Shown here piece by piece: positions 8,580 to 16,535 of a DNA stretch of 22,091 bases (positions are counted from its first letter, which is position 1; each line of letters begins with the position of its first letter). The position numbers and the translations under genes are program-made. A model generated the notes under the pieces. It saw only the letters and a program-made list of their open reading frames with translations. It searched no databases and was not told where the DNA came from. The DNA comes from Candidatus Micrarchaeia archaeon (lineage in GTDB: Archaea > Micrarchaeota > Micrarchaeia > CAILAH01): contig JAVYLZ010000008.1 in NCBI GenBank assembly GCA_038740245.1, positions 1 to 22,091 of the forward strand, read 5' to 3'.

Positions 8580-11500
8580 TCACCTGTAAAGGACGAAGTC
8601 CTTCTGGGCTTCTCCGGCAGTCGGCACGTAGAGCGTGTGCATCGCCCTCATGTAGTCGGGGTGCGTCACCTCAATCACATAAACGCCCGCAGGCACAACA
8701 AACTCGTATGCACCGGTTGCGGAAGTTGATGTTGTTGAGACAAGCACGCCGTTCCTGTAGGCCTTCACTGTTGCGCCTGCAACTGCACTGCCTGTCTGGT
8801 TGGTCACCGTGCCGTATATCCTTGCCATCTTGGTAAGCACATAGTTCTTGCTTACCGTCTGGCCCGCCTCCACCTGTACCCCGTAGTCACGGGAGGTAAG
8901 GTAGCTGGGATAAGAGACATGCACATCGTAGGTGTCTGCAGGCAGTGCAAGCGAGTATGCACCGTCAGGTCCAGCTACTGTCTCAAACAGCACCGCGCCC
9001 TGCTTAAGCACCTGCACAACTGCACCGCCAAGCGCTGCACCACTCGCGTTTGTCACGGTGCCTTCAAGAGTTCCTGCCTGCTCAATCGCAAGAACGGTTA
9101 TCACGGTGGTGTTAGTAATAGCGCCAACCGATGCGTTAACCGTGCACTGGCCCTCGGTTGCAGATGTAAACTGAGTCGTTGCAACACCGCTGGCGTTGGT
9201 GGCTGCGGTGCCGGTGCTGAGTGTTCCGCAGTTTGATGTAAAGGTTACCTGCACATTCTCAAGCGGCTGCATGTTTTGATTGAGGACTGTTGCACGCACA
9301 GTGCTCTGCCCGCCTGCAAATATCGTGCTAGGGACAGCGGACACAAGCACCTGTGCAGGAGCGCTCGGCTGCTGCACAGCAACAAACTGCCTTGATATTA
9401 CCGTCTGCGTAAGCTGGCCGTTCACAACCGCTTCAACCGTAAACGTGCCTGACAGGCCTGCAACATCAACCGTTGCATCGCATACCACTGCATTGCAGGT
9501 GGTGACGGTATTGCCGTTTACACGAACAGCAATTGAGGAAATGCCTGTTGCGTCTGAGGCCTGCACACGAACGCTGAACGGTTCACTGTGCTCGCTCATC
9601 TCGGCTGGTGTGGGGTCAACAAATGCTGCTTCGGGCGGCACGTTGTCCACAAGCATATCAACGGTGCGCTCCGCAGTGTAGCCGTGCGTATCCGTTGCGG
9701 TTATGAGCACCTGAAGCTGCCCGTCAGGATAGTTTGCAGTGTTGACTGCGCGGGTAAAGTGTGCATTTGCGTGCTCAACCTCCTCCCCGCCGTTTATGTA
9801 TGTCCTTGCGCCTGCATAGTGCGCATCGTACACCACCGCCTCAACGACAACCATGCCGCTGAAGTATGGCCCTTCAGTTGCGCTTGGCGAAATCACTGTT
9901 ATAACCGGGGGCTCATCATCATATCCCGTCAGAACGACATCAATCACCTGTGTTGACTTTGGCATGAGCGGGAATGATACCACTGTCGGGTCATAATTGT
10001 CTGCACTCACACTGAGCGTATACATTGCCTCAGCGGGGACCGGCACTGTTATCTGGTAGTGCCCTTCCGCATTGGTTGTTGCTGCTGCCTGCTCGGTACC
10101 GCCAAGTGAAAGCACAACAAGTGCGTGCTCCACAGGGCTGCCTGAGCTGTCGTGCACATGCCCTTCAACTACCGAGTACGGCACGAGCACGAAATTTACG
10201 TTGTAATCGTGGTTCTTGTGTATCACAACTTCATAGCCTGTCGGCCGGTACCCGCTTGCAAGCGCCGTAATTGTGTATGGCCCGTCAAGGTCAACCTCGC
10301 TTATCAGGTAGTTGCCGTTTTCATCTGCGATCGCCGAATACCCGGTGCCTTCAATCACAACCTGTGCGCCGGCCACGGGGTTCATCTGTGTGTCCGTGAC
10401 CGTCCCGAATACGGTTGCATTGGGCACATATACCATGAATGAATCTATGTCAGTTATGGTGGTGCCCTCAACAGTCATTGAGTACATTACTGCGCCTTCC
10501 TTATCTCCGATATTGATTGTGACCGTTGCAATACCGGACTCGTTAGTCACTGCCACCGGGTTAAGCGCGGTCACGTATGCATCGCCTGCAAGGTAATTGA
10601 ACACCACGTTCACATTTGGCACTGCGTTGCCGTTCTTGTCAGTAACCTTTGCGTATACCGATTGCGTGGTCTCAACCGGCATCATATTCTCTGAGTATGC
10701 GTCAATTGACATTGGCTGGCCCGGCACAACAGTTACCTGCGCGGACTCGCTTATGCCGTTGTATGAAACCGTAACGGTGTCCGGCCCTGCCAGTACCGGC
10801 GCAAAGTAAATGCCATCCTGCGTTATGGTGCCGCGCTCGGCGGACCATACAAGTGCGGGATTCTGTATCTGGACGCCGTACTTGTCATACACGGCTGCGT
10901 TGAACTTGAGCATCTGCTCTGGCTGCAGCTCAACGGAAACTGGCTCAAGCACGATGTTTGCCGCTTCACCCGTGCGGACCCTCACGATTGCACTGCCGTT
11001 AACAGTGTATATCACAGGGTCTATTACGGGAATGCAGAAACCAATGCTGCAGTCAAACTTGGTAGAGTATATAGTGTATAATGCTGATGCAACTATCTCT
11101 GCCTCACCCGGGAAGTTGGCCTTGACGACACCGTTGCTGTCCACGGTTGCCACTGTGGTGTTACGTGAGGACCATATAATCTTCTGGCCGGGCAGCTCGT
11201 TCATGTTTGCATCGTAAACACGCGCGACAAGTGCCACGCTGTCGCCCACATCCTCAACTGTTTCCTGCGGTGTTATTATAACCTGGGCGGGCATGCCTGC
11301 AACCACAGTAAAGTGCCTTTCATCAACGCTGTCCGCAGGGCAGAACTTGAGGTTGTTTGCATATACCTTAATGCTCGCGGGGCCGGATTTCAGTCCTGTT
11401 GGGAATGAAACGCGCGCTATGCCGTCACTCCCTGATGTAAACGTGTATTCCGTTGTCTTGCCCTCTGGAGAGGCATACTCAACGGATACACCTGCTGCCT

Positions 11501-12233
11501 TAGGATTGCCGAACTCGTCTGTAACATTAACGCTGAACGTTGCGTTTGAGCCGGCCGCATATGCCTGCTGCACCGACCCGATTATAGCGGACTGCGTGCA
11601 CATGCCCGGCTCAACTGTTATCTGTGCGGTAGCATCCCTGTCAAGGTAAACTGCGGTGAGCGTAACCTTGCCTGCCTTTGTGCCTGAGAACATGACCTCA
11701 TTGGCGCCAAGCCAGCCCGGCGTGGTGAGCGTGCCGAACGACGGGTCGGAAAGCGAGAATGAGGCCTTTATGTCCGCGGGGCTGCCGGCAGCATCAAGTG
11801 CGATGAGCCTGAACGACGTGCTGCGGCCAGCCTGCACGGTGGCCTGCTGCGGTGAGAGTGTGAACGATTTTATGTTTGAGGCACAGTATTCTGACGGCTC
11901 AAGCGTCACCTTTGCCTGCGCCGTGCCGGCTTTTACCGTATAAACGCCGCGCGGCTGTGCTGCGCCAAACTTGAACACGCACTTGCCTTTTGAGTCGGTC
12001 TTGCAGCCAAGCCCTGTGTCCACGCCGTTTGCCATATACACCTTAACCTGTATGCCCGGCGCATAAGAGACTGTTACGTCACAAGCGCGCGGCACAACTG
12101 GCGGTGTAACCTGCAGGGCAGGGTCCGCCTTTAGCGGCACGGCAACAGTGTCACCTGGTATTGTGACCACGAATGCCGAGACCGATGCAAACAGCAGGAG
12201 CATGCCTGCGAGTATTGCCATTTTTGTATCCAT
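8580..12233 (-). CDS. Large secreted Ig-repeat protein (Big_2/Big_1 invasin/intimin-type, Big_3-like and four carboxypeptidase-regulatory-like domains)
   Basis: Signal peptide; WSSRNTTVATVDSNGVVKA (Big_2); AKVTDKNGNAVPNVNVVF...TNESGIATVT and ATVLNQNMQPLENVQVTF...TNASGVATTQF (Big_1); repeated GTVT...G..V.GA.V units; no C-terminal TM; GGTGA RBS. Confidence 0.85.
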   Translation of the reverse strand: MDTKMAILAGMLLLFASVSAFVVTIPGDTVAVPLKADPALQVTPPVVPRACDVTVSYAPGIQVKVYMANGVDTGLGCKTDSKGKCVFKFGAAQPRGVYTVKAGTAQAKVTLEPSEYCASNIKSFTLSPQQATVQAGRSTSFRLIALDAAGSPADIKASFSLSDPSFGTLTTPGWLGANEVMFSGTKAGKVTLTAVYLDRDATAQITVEPGMCTQSAIIGSVQQAYAAGSNATFSVNVTDEFGNPKAAGVSVEYASPEGKTTEYTFTSGSDGIARVSFPTGLKSGPASIKVYANNLKFCPADSVDERHFTVVAGMPAQVIITPQETVEDVGDSVALVARVYDANMNELPGQKIIWSSRNTTVATVDSNGVVKANFPGEAEIVASALYTIYSTKFDCSIGFCIPVIDPVIYTVNGSAIVRVRTGEAANIVLEPVSVELQPEQMLKFNAAVYDKYGVQIQNPALVWSAERGTITQDGIYFAPVLAGPDTVTVSYNGISESAQVTVVPGQPMSIDAYSENMMPVETTQSVYAKVTDKNGNAVPNVNVVFNYLAGDAYVTALNPVAVTNESGIATVTINIGDKEGAVMYSMTVEGTTITDIDSFMVYVPNATVFGTVTDTQMNPVAGAQVVIEGTGYSAIADENGNYLISEVDLDGPYTITALASGYRPTGYEVVIHKNHDYNVNFVLVPYSVVEGHVHDSSGSPVEHALVVLSLGGTEQAAATTNAEGHYQITVPVPAEAMYTLSVSADNYDPTVVSFPLMPKSTQVIDVVLTGYDDEPPVITVISPSATEGPYFSGMVVVEAVVYDAHYAGARTYINGGEEVEHANAHFTRAVNTANYPDGQLQVLITATDTHGYTAERTVDMLVDNVPPEAAFVDPTPAEMSEHSEPFSVRVQASDATGISSIAVRVNGNTVTTCNAVVCDATVDVAGLSGTFTVEAVVNGQLTQTVISRQFVAVQQPSAPAQVLVSAVPSTIFAGGQSTVRATVLNQNMQPLENVQVTFTSNCGTLSTGTAATNASGVATTQFTSATEGQCTVNASVGAITNTTVITVLAIEQAGTLEGTVTNASGAALGGAVVQVLKQGAVLFETVAGPDGAYSLALPADTYDVHVSYPSYLTSRDYGVQVEAGQTVSKNYVLTKMARIYGTVTNQTGSAVAGATVKAYRNGVLVSTTSTSATGAYEFVVPAGVYVIEVTHPDYMRAMHTLYVPTAGEAQKDFVLYR

Positions 12234-12239
12234 CTTCGC

Positions 12240-14894
12240 TCACCACACAATTAATATTCCAAGCTCTGGGACAAGTGCCCAGTTATTGCCTACACTGCGG
12301 TATTCCGCACCAAGACGCAGCGTAAATACATCCTTCATGTTTACGGCCTTAACACTGCCGAACAGCAGGTAGCCGCTTTCAAACCCTTGCGAACTTGAAA
12401 TGCTGCCCATATAGGTTGCGCCGTCCCTCTCATATGTTCCAATGCCCGGCACAAACAGCTGGCTGTATTCCGAACCAAGTATTGCGCCGCCGCCAAAGTT
12501 CAGGTACTTCCAAGTAAGCGAGGCGCCAACCACTGCGGATGCGTTCCACGCCATATTGGGGCTCGCAGAGGCATACCTGCCGCCTGCACCTACAACAAGG
12601 TTGAGGTATGCCGGCTTGTCATACCACAGCGGAAGCTGCAGCAGCACACTGCCCTCGGTGCACTCAAACACTGAATTTCCGTCCTTCTTCTGCGAGTATA
12701 TGCCCGCAGAGCGCACTATCAGCGGGTACTTGCTGGCTGTATCCCATACATTTAATGAATATGACAGCGGCGCCCTCTCGGTAAACGTGCCGCTTACATT
12801 AAAGTTCATTACATCGCTTGTTACAAGGAACGTGCCGCCAACCATTGCATTCTCGCTTTTCCTGGTGCTCTTTGAAAGGTTAAGCAATGCGGCGATGCGC
12901 CAGTCCCTCCCGTCCTTGTCTTCCAAAAGCAGGCTTGGGCCAACACTCAATAATGCATTATGATTGTAGTACCCTTCAGTGTACTCGTGGCCGTACCCTT
13001 TGTATGCACCGCCCAGTGTAAAGCCTATTTTTGCAGGGTTAATATGAATATATACTGGGGCAGTTGCATCCCAGCCAAACAGCTGTTTACTTCCAATAGA
13101 TGATTGCGAGAGGTATCCTATCCCGCCAACTTCCAGTGCACCCTTAACTGCCTCCTTTTGGGTATCCTCGCGTGCGGGGTCAGGTGCAGCAACCGGTACG
13201 GCTTCAGTCTCAGCGTGTGCAATCAATATATCTGCAATCTCATCACGTTTGGACTCAAGACGGCCAACCGTATCAATAACTTTGTCTCTAAGGGCTTCTG
13301 GGTCGGTGCACCGGCGGCACTCATCTATCTTCTCAAGTATCTTAGCACCATCATTACCTGCAAGCGTAACCTTCTCATTGAACCTTTCAATTATCTTGTT
13401 GCCCATCTGCAAAAAGCCTTCCTTCGTGTTGGGCTCTTCACCGAAAGCGTCTATTACTATCTTTTCGGATTTTCCTTTGCCGCGGCTATACTGTGCAACC
13501 AGCTGGTTGATCTGCTCGTTAACCGCATTAATCTCGTTGTTTTGCGCTGCCTCAAATGAATCAACAAGCTCAAACACTTCTTTTGAAGTGGGGGCGTTTT
13601 CATCTGCAATCTTTTCATTGATTAGTGAGGAATACTCCTCCTTCTTCTGGATTACGTATACATCAAGTTGTGAAAGCTGGTCAAGCATATATGTAATTAC
13701 CATGCGGTCCCCCTCAGAGCTCTTATTATAGTCGTCAAGCTGCTTTTGTATCTGCTGCACCTCTTCAATCATTTGCTTGTGCAGCTTCTCTACACGCTCA
13801 AGCAGCTTGGGACCTTCTACAGAAACAAGGTCTCCGCGAAGTATTTCCTCAAGCGCAAAGTCAAGTTCTGAAATGCCGTTGCGCGTGCTGGCTTCAAGCC
13901 CCTCTATGCTCTTGGCAATCACTGCGAGATTGTCACCGGCCTTTTCCTTCTCTGCAAGGATCTGCTCAACACGCTCCTTGTTCGGAAGCTCTGCCACGCA
14001 TCCCTTGCATTCAGTCTTGTACTCTACTGCTGCGGGCTCAGTGCTCGCTTTTTGTGCATCAGCCTCCAGAGCGGCCTTCAGCTGTTCCTCGGGAACACGC
14101 TTCTCCTCAATTATCTCGGCAATGGTCTTCTCCTCTGGCGCACCGCTTAAGCCCTTGCGCATCTGCGCATACTCCTCATTAGACATTGCATAAACAGTTG
14201 TCTCCTGCACCTTTGGCGGCTTTGGCAGCTTGTGAATAACCATCTTGCCAGGCGGCTCAACAAACCGCTGCTCAGTGGCTATTGTGCCGTCCGCCATCTG
14301 ATAATATATGGGCGTATAATTCCTTTTCTGGTGTTCTGCCGCGGGTTTTGCCTTTTGTGCATCCTTGCCCTCCGTTGCGCTTGGTGCCTTACCCTTCGCA
14401 ACAGGGGCTGATTTCTGCTTCGGCTTGGGGTTCTTGAGGTTATACTGGTAATCGCACTCAAGCTGGGCCAAAATCTCATCAGAGACCTTAGGGAGCAGCT
14501 TAGGCGGCAGCCCATTCTTGCGTATGATTTCTGCGGATTTGGGGGTCACATATACCGCACGAAGGTCCTCGTATGAAAGCTTGCCTTTCTTATACTGCGC
14601 ATATGCGCGCTCAAGCTCATAATCAGTGCCTATTTTCACTTTCTTTTGGACACCTTCAAACTGGACCTCGCTTGTTGAGCACTTTTGCGGCCCCTGCTGT
14701 GCTGGCATCTCCTGCGCGGATGCGCCGGCGACGGTGCATGCCAACGCAAGTCCAAGCATTATCTTGTAAACGCCTGGCGGCAGCCTGAACCTGCGTTGCA
14801 CCTGCTCTTCGGGCGCGCTTAGTTTCAGCTGACTGTTATCACCGGAAACCTGTGCCTGCCGTGAGATTCCTTTAAGCATATATGAATTAACCAT
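12240..14894 (-). CDS. Hypothetical exported protein: extended signal-like N-terminus, coiled-coil middle, C-terminal beta-strand-rich (beta-barrel-like) domain
   Basis: Long ORF. Start placed at ATG 14894 (MVNSY..., ~884 aa) because a TATA-like element lies at 14938-14945. Hydrophobic IMLGLALACTVAGASA-QE begins near residue 45. E/K/Q-rich helical middle. Last ~300 aa consist of Gly/aromatic amphipathic strands ending in W. Confidence 0.75.
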   Translation of the reverse strand: MVNSYMLKGISRQAQVSGDNSQLKLSAPEEQVQRRFRLPPGVYKIMLGLALACTVAGASAQEMPAQQGPQKCSTSEVQFEGVQKKVKIGTDYELERAYAQYKKGKLSYEDLRAVYVTPKSAEIIRKNGLPPKLLPKVSDEILAQLECDYQYNLKNPKPKQKSAPVAKGKAPSATEGKDAQKAKPAAEHQKRNYTPIYYQMADGTIATEQRFVEPPGKMVIHKLPKPPKVQETTVYAMSNEEYAQMRKGLSGAPEEKTIAEIIEEKRVPEEQLKAALEADAQKASTEPAAVEYKTECKGCVAELPNKERVEQILAEKEKAGDNLAVIAKSIEGLEASTRNGISELDFALEEILRGDLVSVEGPKLLERVEKLHKQMIEEVQQIQKQLDDYNKSSEGDRMVITYMLDQLSQLDVYVIQKKEEYSSLINEKIADENAPTSKEVFELVDSFEAAQNNEINAVNEQINQLVAQYSRGKGKSEKIVIDAFGEEPNTKEGFLQMGNKIIERFNEKVTLAGNDGAKILEKIDECRRCTDPEALRDKVIDTVGRLESKRDEIADILIAHAETEAVPVAAPDPAREDTQKEAVKGALEVGGIGYLSQSSIGSKQLFGWDATAPVYIHINPAKIGFTLGGAYKGYGHEYTEGYYNHNALLSVGPSLLLEDKDGRDWRIAALLNLSKSTRKSENAMVGGTFLVTSDVMNFNVSGTFTERAPLSYSLNVWDTASKYPLIVRSAGIYSQKKDGNSVFECTEGSVLLQLPLWYDKPAYLNLVVGAGGRYASASPNMAWNASAVVGASLTWKYLNFGGGAILGSEYSQLFVPGIGTYERDGATYMGSISSSQGFESGYLLFGSVKAVNMKDVFTLRLGAEYRSVGNNWALVPELGILIVW

Positions 14895-14937
14895 AGTATA
14901 CCCCCAACGTTGGTAAGGGATTTTGAGTGTTCCGGGG

Positions 14938-14945
14938 TTTATATA
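14938..14945 (-). promoter_or_regulatory. Putative TATA box for the surface-protein operon
   Basis: TATATAAA on the minus strand ~44 nt upstream of ATG 14894, in the divergent intergenic region. Confidence 0.5.
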
Positions 14946-14988
14946 CATTTCTATTATGACATGTAGGCGGCGGAGCCAAAAAATGAGC

Positions 14989-14996
14989 ATATATAA
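14989..14996 (+). promoter_or_regulatory. TATA box for tRNA-Lys
   Basis: ATATATAA ending ~25 nt upstream of tRNA position 1, with an A-rich BRE-like stretch upstream. Confidence 0.65.
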
Positions 14997-15082
14997 GGAT
15001 ATGTGCCCATAATTGCCTTGCGGGCCCGTAGCTCAGCTTGGCTAGAGCGGCGGACTTTTAATCCGAAGGTCACGGGTTCAAA

Positions 15083-15277
15083 GCAGGGACCCAGCGGTCC
15101 AGCATGCGCTTTGCGCATGTGGCCTGCAAACATTCTGTTTGCACGGCCCCGCACCCCTTGCAACCAAGCAAGTGGGGGCGGAGCCCCCTTGGGCTGCCAA
15201 AAAATACCTCGCACATGTGGGGGTTTGGGCGGTGGCGGACTAAGGGGGCGGAGCCCCCTTGGGCTGCCATGTGAAAA
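15083..15277 (+). other. BHB-type tRNA intron, 195 nt, highly structured
   Basis: Canonical BHB: central helix TTCA(15077-80)/TGAA(15272-75), 3-nt bulges AAG(15081-83) and AAT(15276-78), flanked by the T stem and CA-g-GG/CC-a-TG. Cleavage after the second base of each bulge gives exactly the mature T-loop. Confidence 0.9.
15174..15269 (+). repeat. 26-nt perfect direct repeat inside the intron
   Basis: GGGGGCGGAGCCCCCTTGGGCTGCCA at 15174-15199 and 15244-15269; each copy contains the hairpin GGGGGC-GGA-GCCCCC. Confidence 0.95.
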
Positions 15278-15379
15278 TCCCGTCGGGCCCGTTTTTAATA
15301 AAAATTGCCTTCTTTTAAGGCAAATGTTGCGCTTCGGGCTGTTTAAATACTAGTTGCACAGGAGGAGATGCTAAAGGCA

Positions 15380-15387
15380 TTTATAAA
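15380..15387 (+). promoter_or_regulatory. TATA box for the pilin/VirB4-like operon
   Basis: TTTATAAA preceded by AAAGG, ~31 nt upstream of ATG 15419, which has a GGTGGTG RBS. Confidence 0.7.
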
Positions 15388-15418
15388 TTATACCGCTGAT
15401 TACATAAAAGGTGGTGTA

Positions 15419-15760
15419 ATGAATAGATTCGCGATTGTTGCACTGTTTGTGCTTACGTTCTCTGCAATGACCTATGCAGGAGTTGGCGAAACGCTTAATA
15501 ACCTCTGCTTCCAGGCGAGGGGTCTTATACCGATAGTTGCATTTGTCCTAATCGTGTTCGCAGGTCTTGTGTATGCCGCGGGGCAGGTGCTGGGTGCTGA
15601 GATGCGTTCCAGGACCAACGTGTGGGCGACAACCATGGTCATTGGCGCGATAATCGGCCTGATATTTACGTTCAGCGCACCTGCCATAATCAGCCTTGTG
15701 GCTGGGGCATTTGGGATGGATCTTGAGACCTACGAGTACACGTGTGAAACGCTGCTGTAG
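15419..15760 (+). CDS. VirB2/TrbC-like pilin (CedA1/TedC-like)
   Basis: 113 aa from ATG 15419. Signal peptide ending TYA, an amphipathic helix, then two hydrophobic helices (IPIVAFVLIVFAGLVYAAG; MVIGAIIGLIFTFSAPAII) joined by a short basic loop (EMRSR). First gene of an operon containing a VirB4-like ATPase. Confidence 0.7.
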   Translation: MNRFAIVALFVLTFSAMTYAGVGETLNNLCFQARGLIPIVAFVLIVFAGLVYAAGQVLGAEMRSRTNVWATTMVIGAIIGLIFTFSAPAIISLVAGAFGMDLETYEYTCETLL

Positions 15761-15769
15761 AGGGATGCG

Positions 15770-16531
15770 ATGGAGCTGAACGAGACGCTTGCGTACGGTG
15801 CGCTCGGAGCGGGCGGGGTATTCCTGCTGTTCGCCAGCCAGTTTGCCCCCATTGCCCTGCTTTCAATAATCTGTGCACTGCTCGCATACATGTTTTACAG
15901 GTGGGGCAACATCTACGTGCCATTCCTGGTATTCCAAAAAAGGGAAATACAGGTACCATACGCCTTTGAGATTTCGCCTGCAGAGGATGCTGTATTCAAG
16001 CAGGTTGGGGATGATTATATAGCAACAGTATTCCTCAATTTGGATATCTACGAAACGATGACCAACAAGAACCAAGATGAGATAAACGATTATGCGCATT
16101 ACTTTGAGCGCTCAATATCAAGCGTCAAGGACCCCATAAAAATATCTGCAATACTCTACGAGAGGGACATGGGGCGGTATGCTAAGGCAATTGAGGAGAG
16201 GAAAGCTGCGCTTGAGGATAAGATTGCTGCAGAGAGACAGAAGAAAAAGGCGGACCCGCGCACAATTGAAGTGCTTGAGCGCGAAAAGCTTATGTGGGAG
16301 CGGCGGCTTGAGGGGCTTTACAAGTCGTCTGAGCGGCCTCGTGCGGTTGAATACATAATTGCAACTTCCGGGTTTGGGCCGTCACGCGACGCCGCGCTCA
16401 GCGCTGCAAAAACAAGGGCACGGGAGATTAAGGCAACGTTTGCGGGCGGCATGTCCGTCAATGTTGATGAGCTTACACGGAACAGAATGAGGTCCTGCTT
16501 TGAGTGGGAATTCCTTTCCCCAGAATGGTGA
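15770..16531 (+). CDS. Membrane protein, two N-terminal TMs plus cytoplasmic alpha/beta domain with coiled-coil insert (VirB3/VirB4-N-terminal-like)
   Basis: 253 aa; hydrophobic hairpin at residues ~8-45; clearly paralogous to the next gene; located between the pilin and the ATPase. Confidence 0.6.
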   Translation: MELNETLAYGALGAGGVFLLFASQFAPIALLSIICALLAYMFYRWGNIYVPFLVFQKREIQVPYAFEISPAEDAVFKQVGDDYIATVFLNLDIYETMTNKNQDEINDYAHYFERSISSVKDPIKISAILYERDMGRYAKAIEERKAALEDKIAAERQKKKADPRTIEVLEREKLMWERRLEGLYKSSERPRAVEYIIATSGFGPSRDAALSAAKTRAREIKATFAGGMSVNVDELTRNRMRSCFEWEFLSPEW

Positions 16532-16535
16532 GATT

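Larger units (their letters stand above)
15022..15291 (+). tRNA. tRNA-Lys (anticodon UUU) with a 195-nt intron at position 59/60 (exons 15022-15082 and 15278-15291)
   Basis: Acceptor GGGCCCG/CGGGCCC plus G; D stem GCTC/GAGC; anticodon loop CTTTTAA (G27-A43 mismatch in the stem); T stem ACGGG/CCCGT. Joining the exons restores the T-loop TTCAAAT. Followed by T5. Confidence 0.93.

Noticed and set aside
8570..8590. Frameshift or read-through joining the 1217-aa and ~646-aa proteins
   Set aside because: The downstream gene has its own RBS and signal peptide, and no slippery sequence is present.
14895..14990. N-terminal extension of the 916-aa ORF as given in the track
   Set aside because: It runs through TATA-like elements of the divergent promoter region; ATG 14894 is more plausible.
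15174..15269. Direct repeats as a mini-CRISPR array (26-nt repeat, 44-nt spacer); likewise 3599-3657
   Set aside because: Only two copies each, located inside a tRNA intron or leader, with no AT-rich leader and no cas genes in the window.
15083..15277. Intron-encoded C/D box guide RNA, as in euryarchaeal tRNA-Trp
   Set aside because: No RTGATGA box C or CTGA box D in the intron.
15003..15353. 116-aa ORF across tRNA-Lys. The 195-nt intron is a multiple of 3 and stop-free in this frame, so a circularised intron would have an endless reading frame.
   Set aside because: It overlaps a tRNA, the translation is low-complexity G/P/C, there is no RBS, and stop-free 65-codon frames are common in GC-rich sequence. 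Only Ribo-seq or peptide evidence would revive it.
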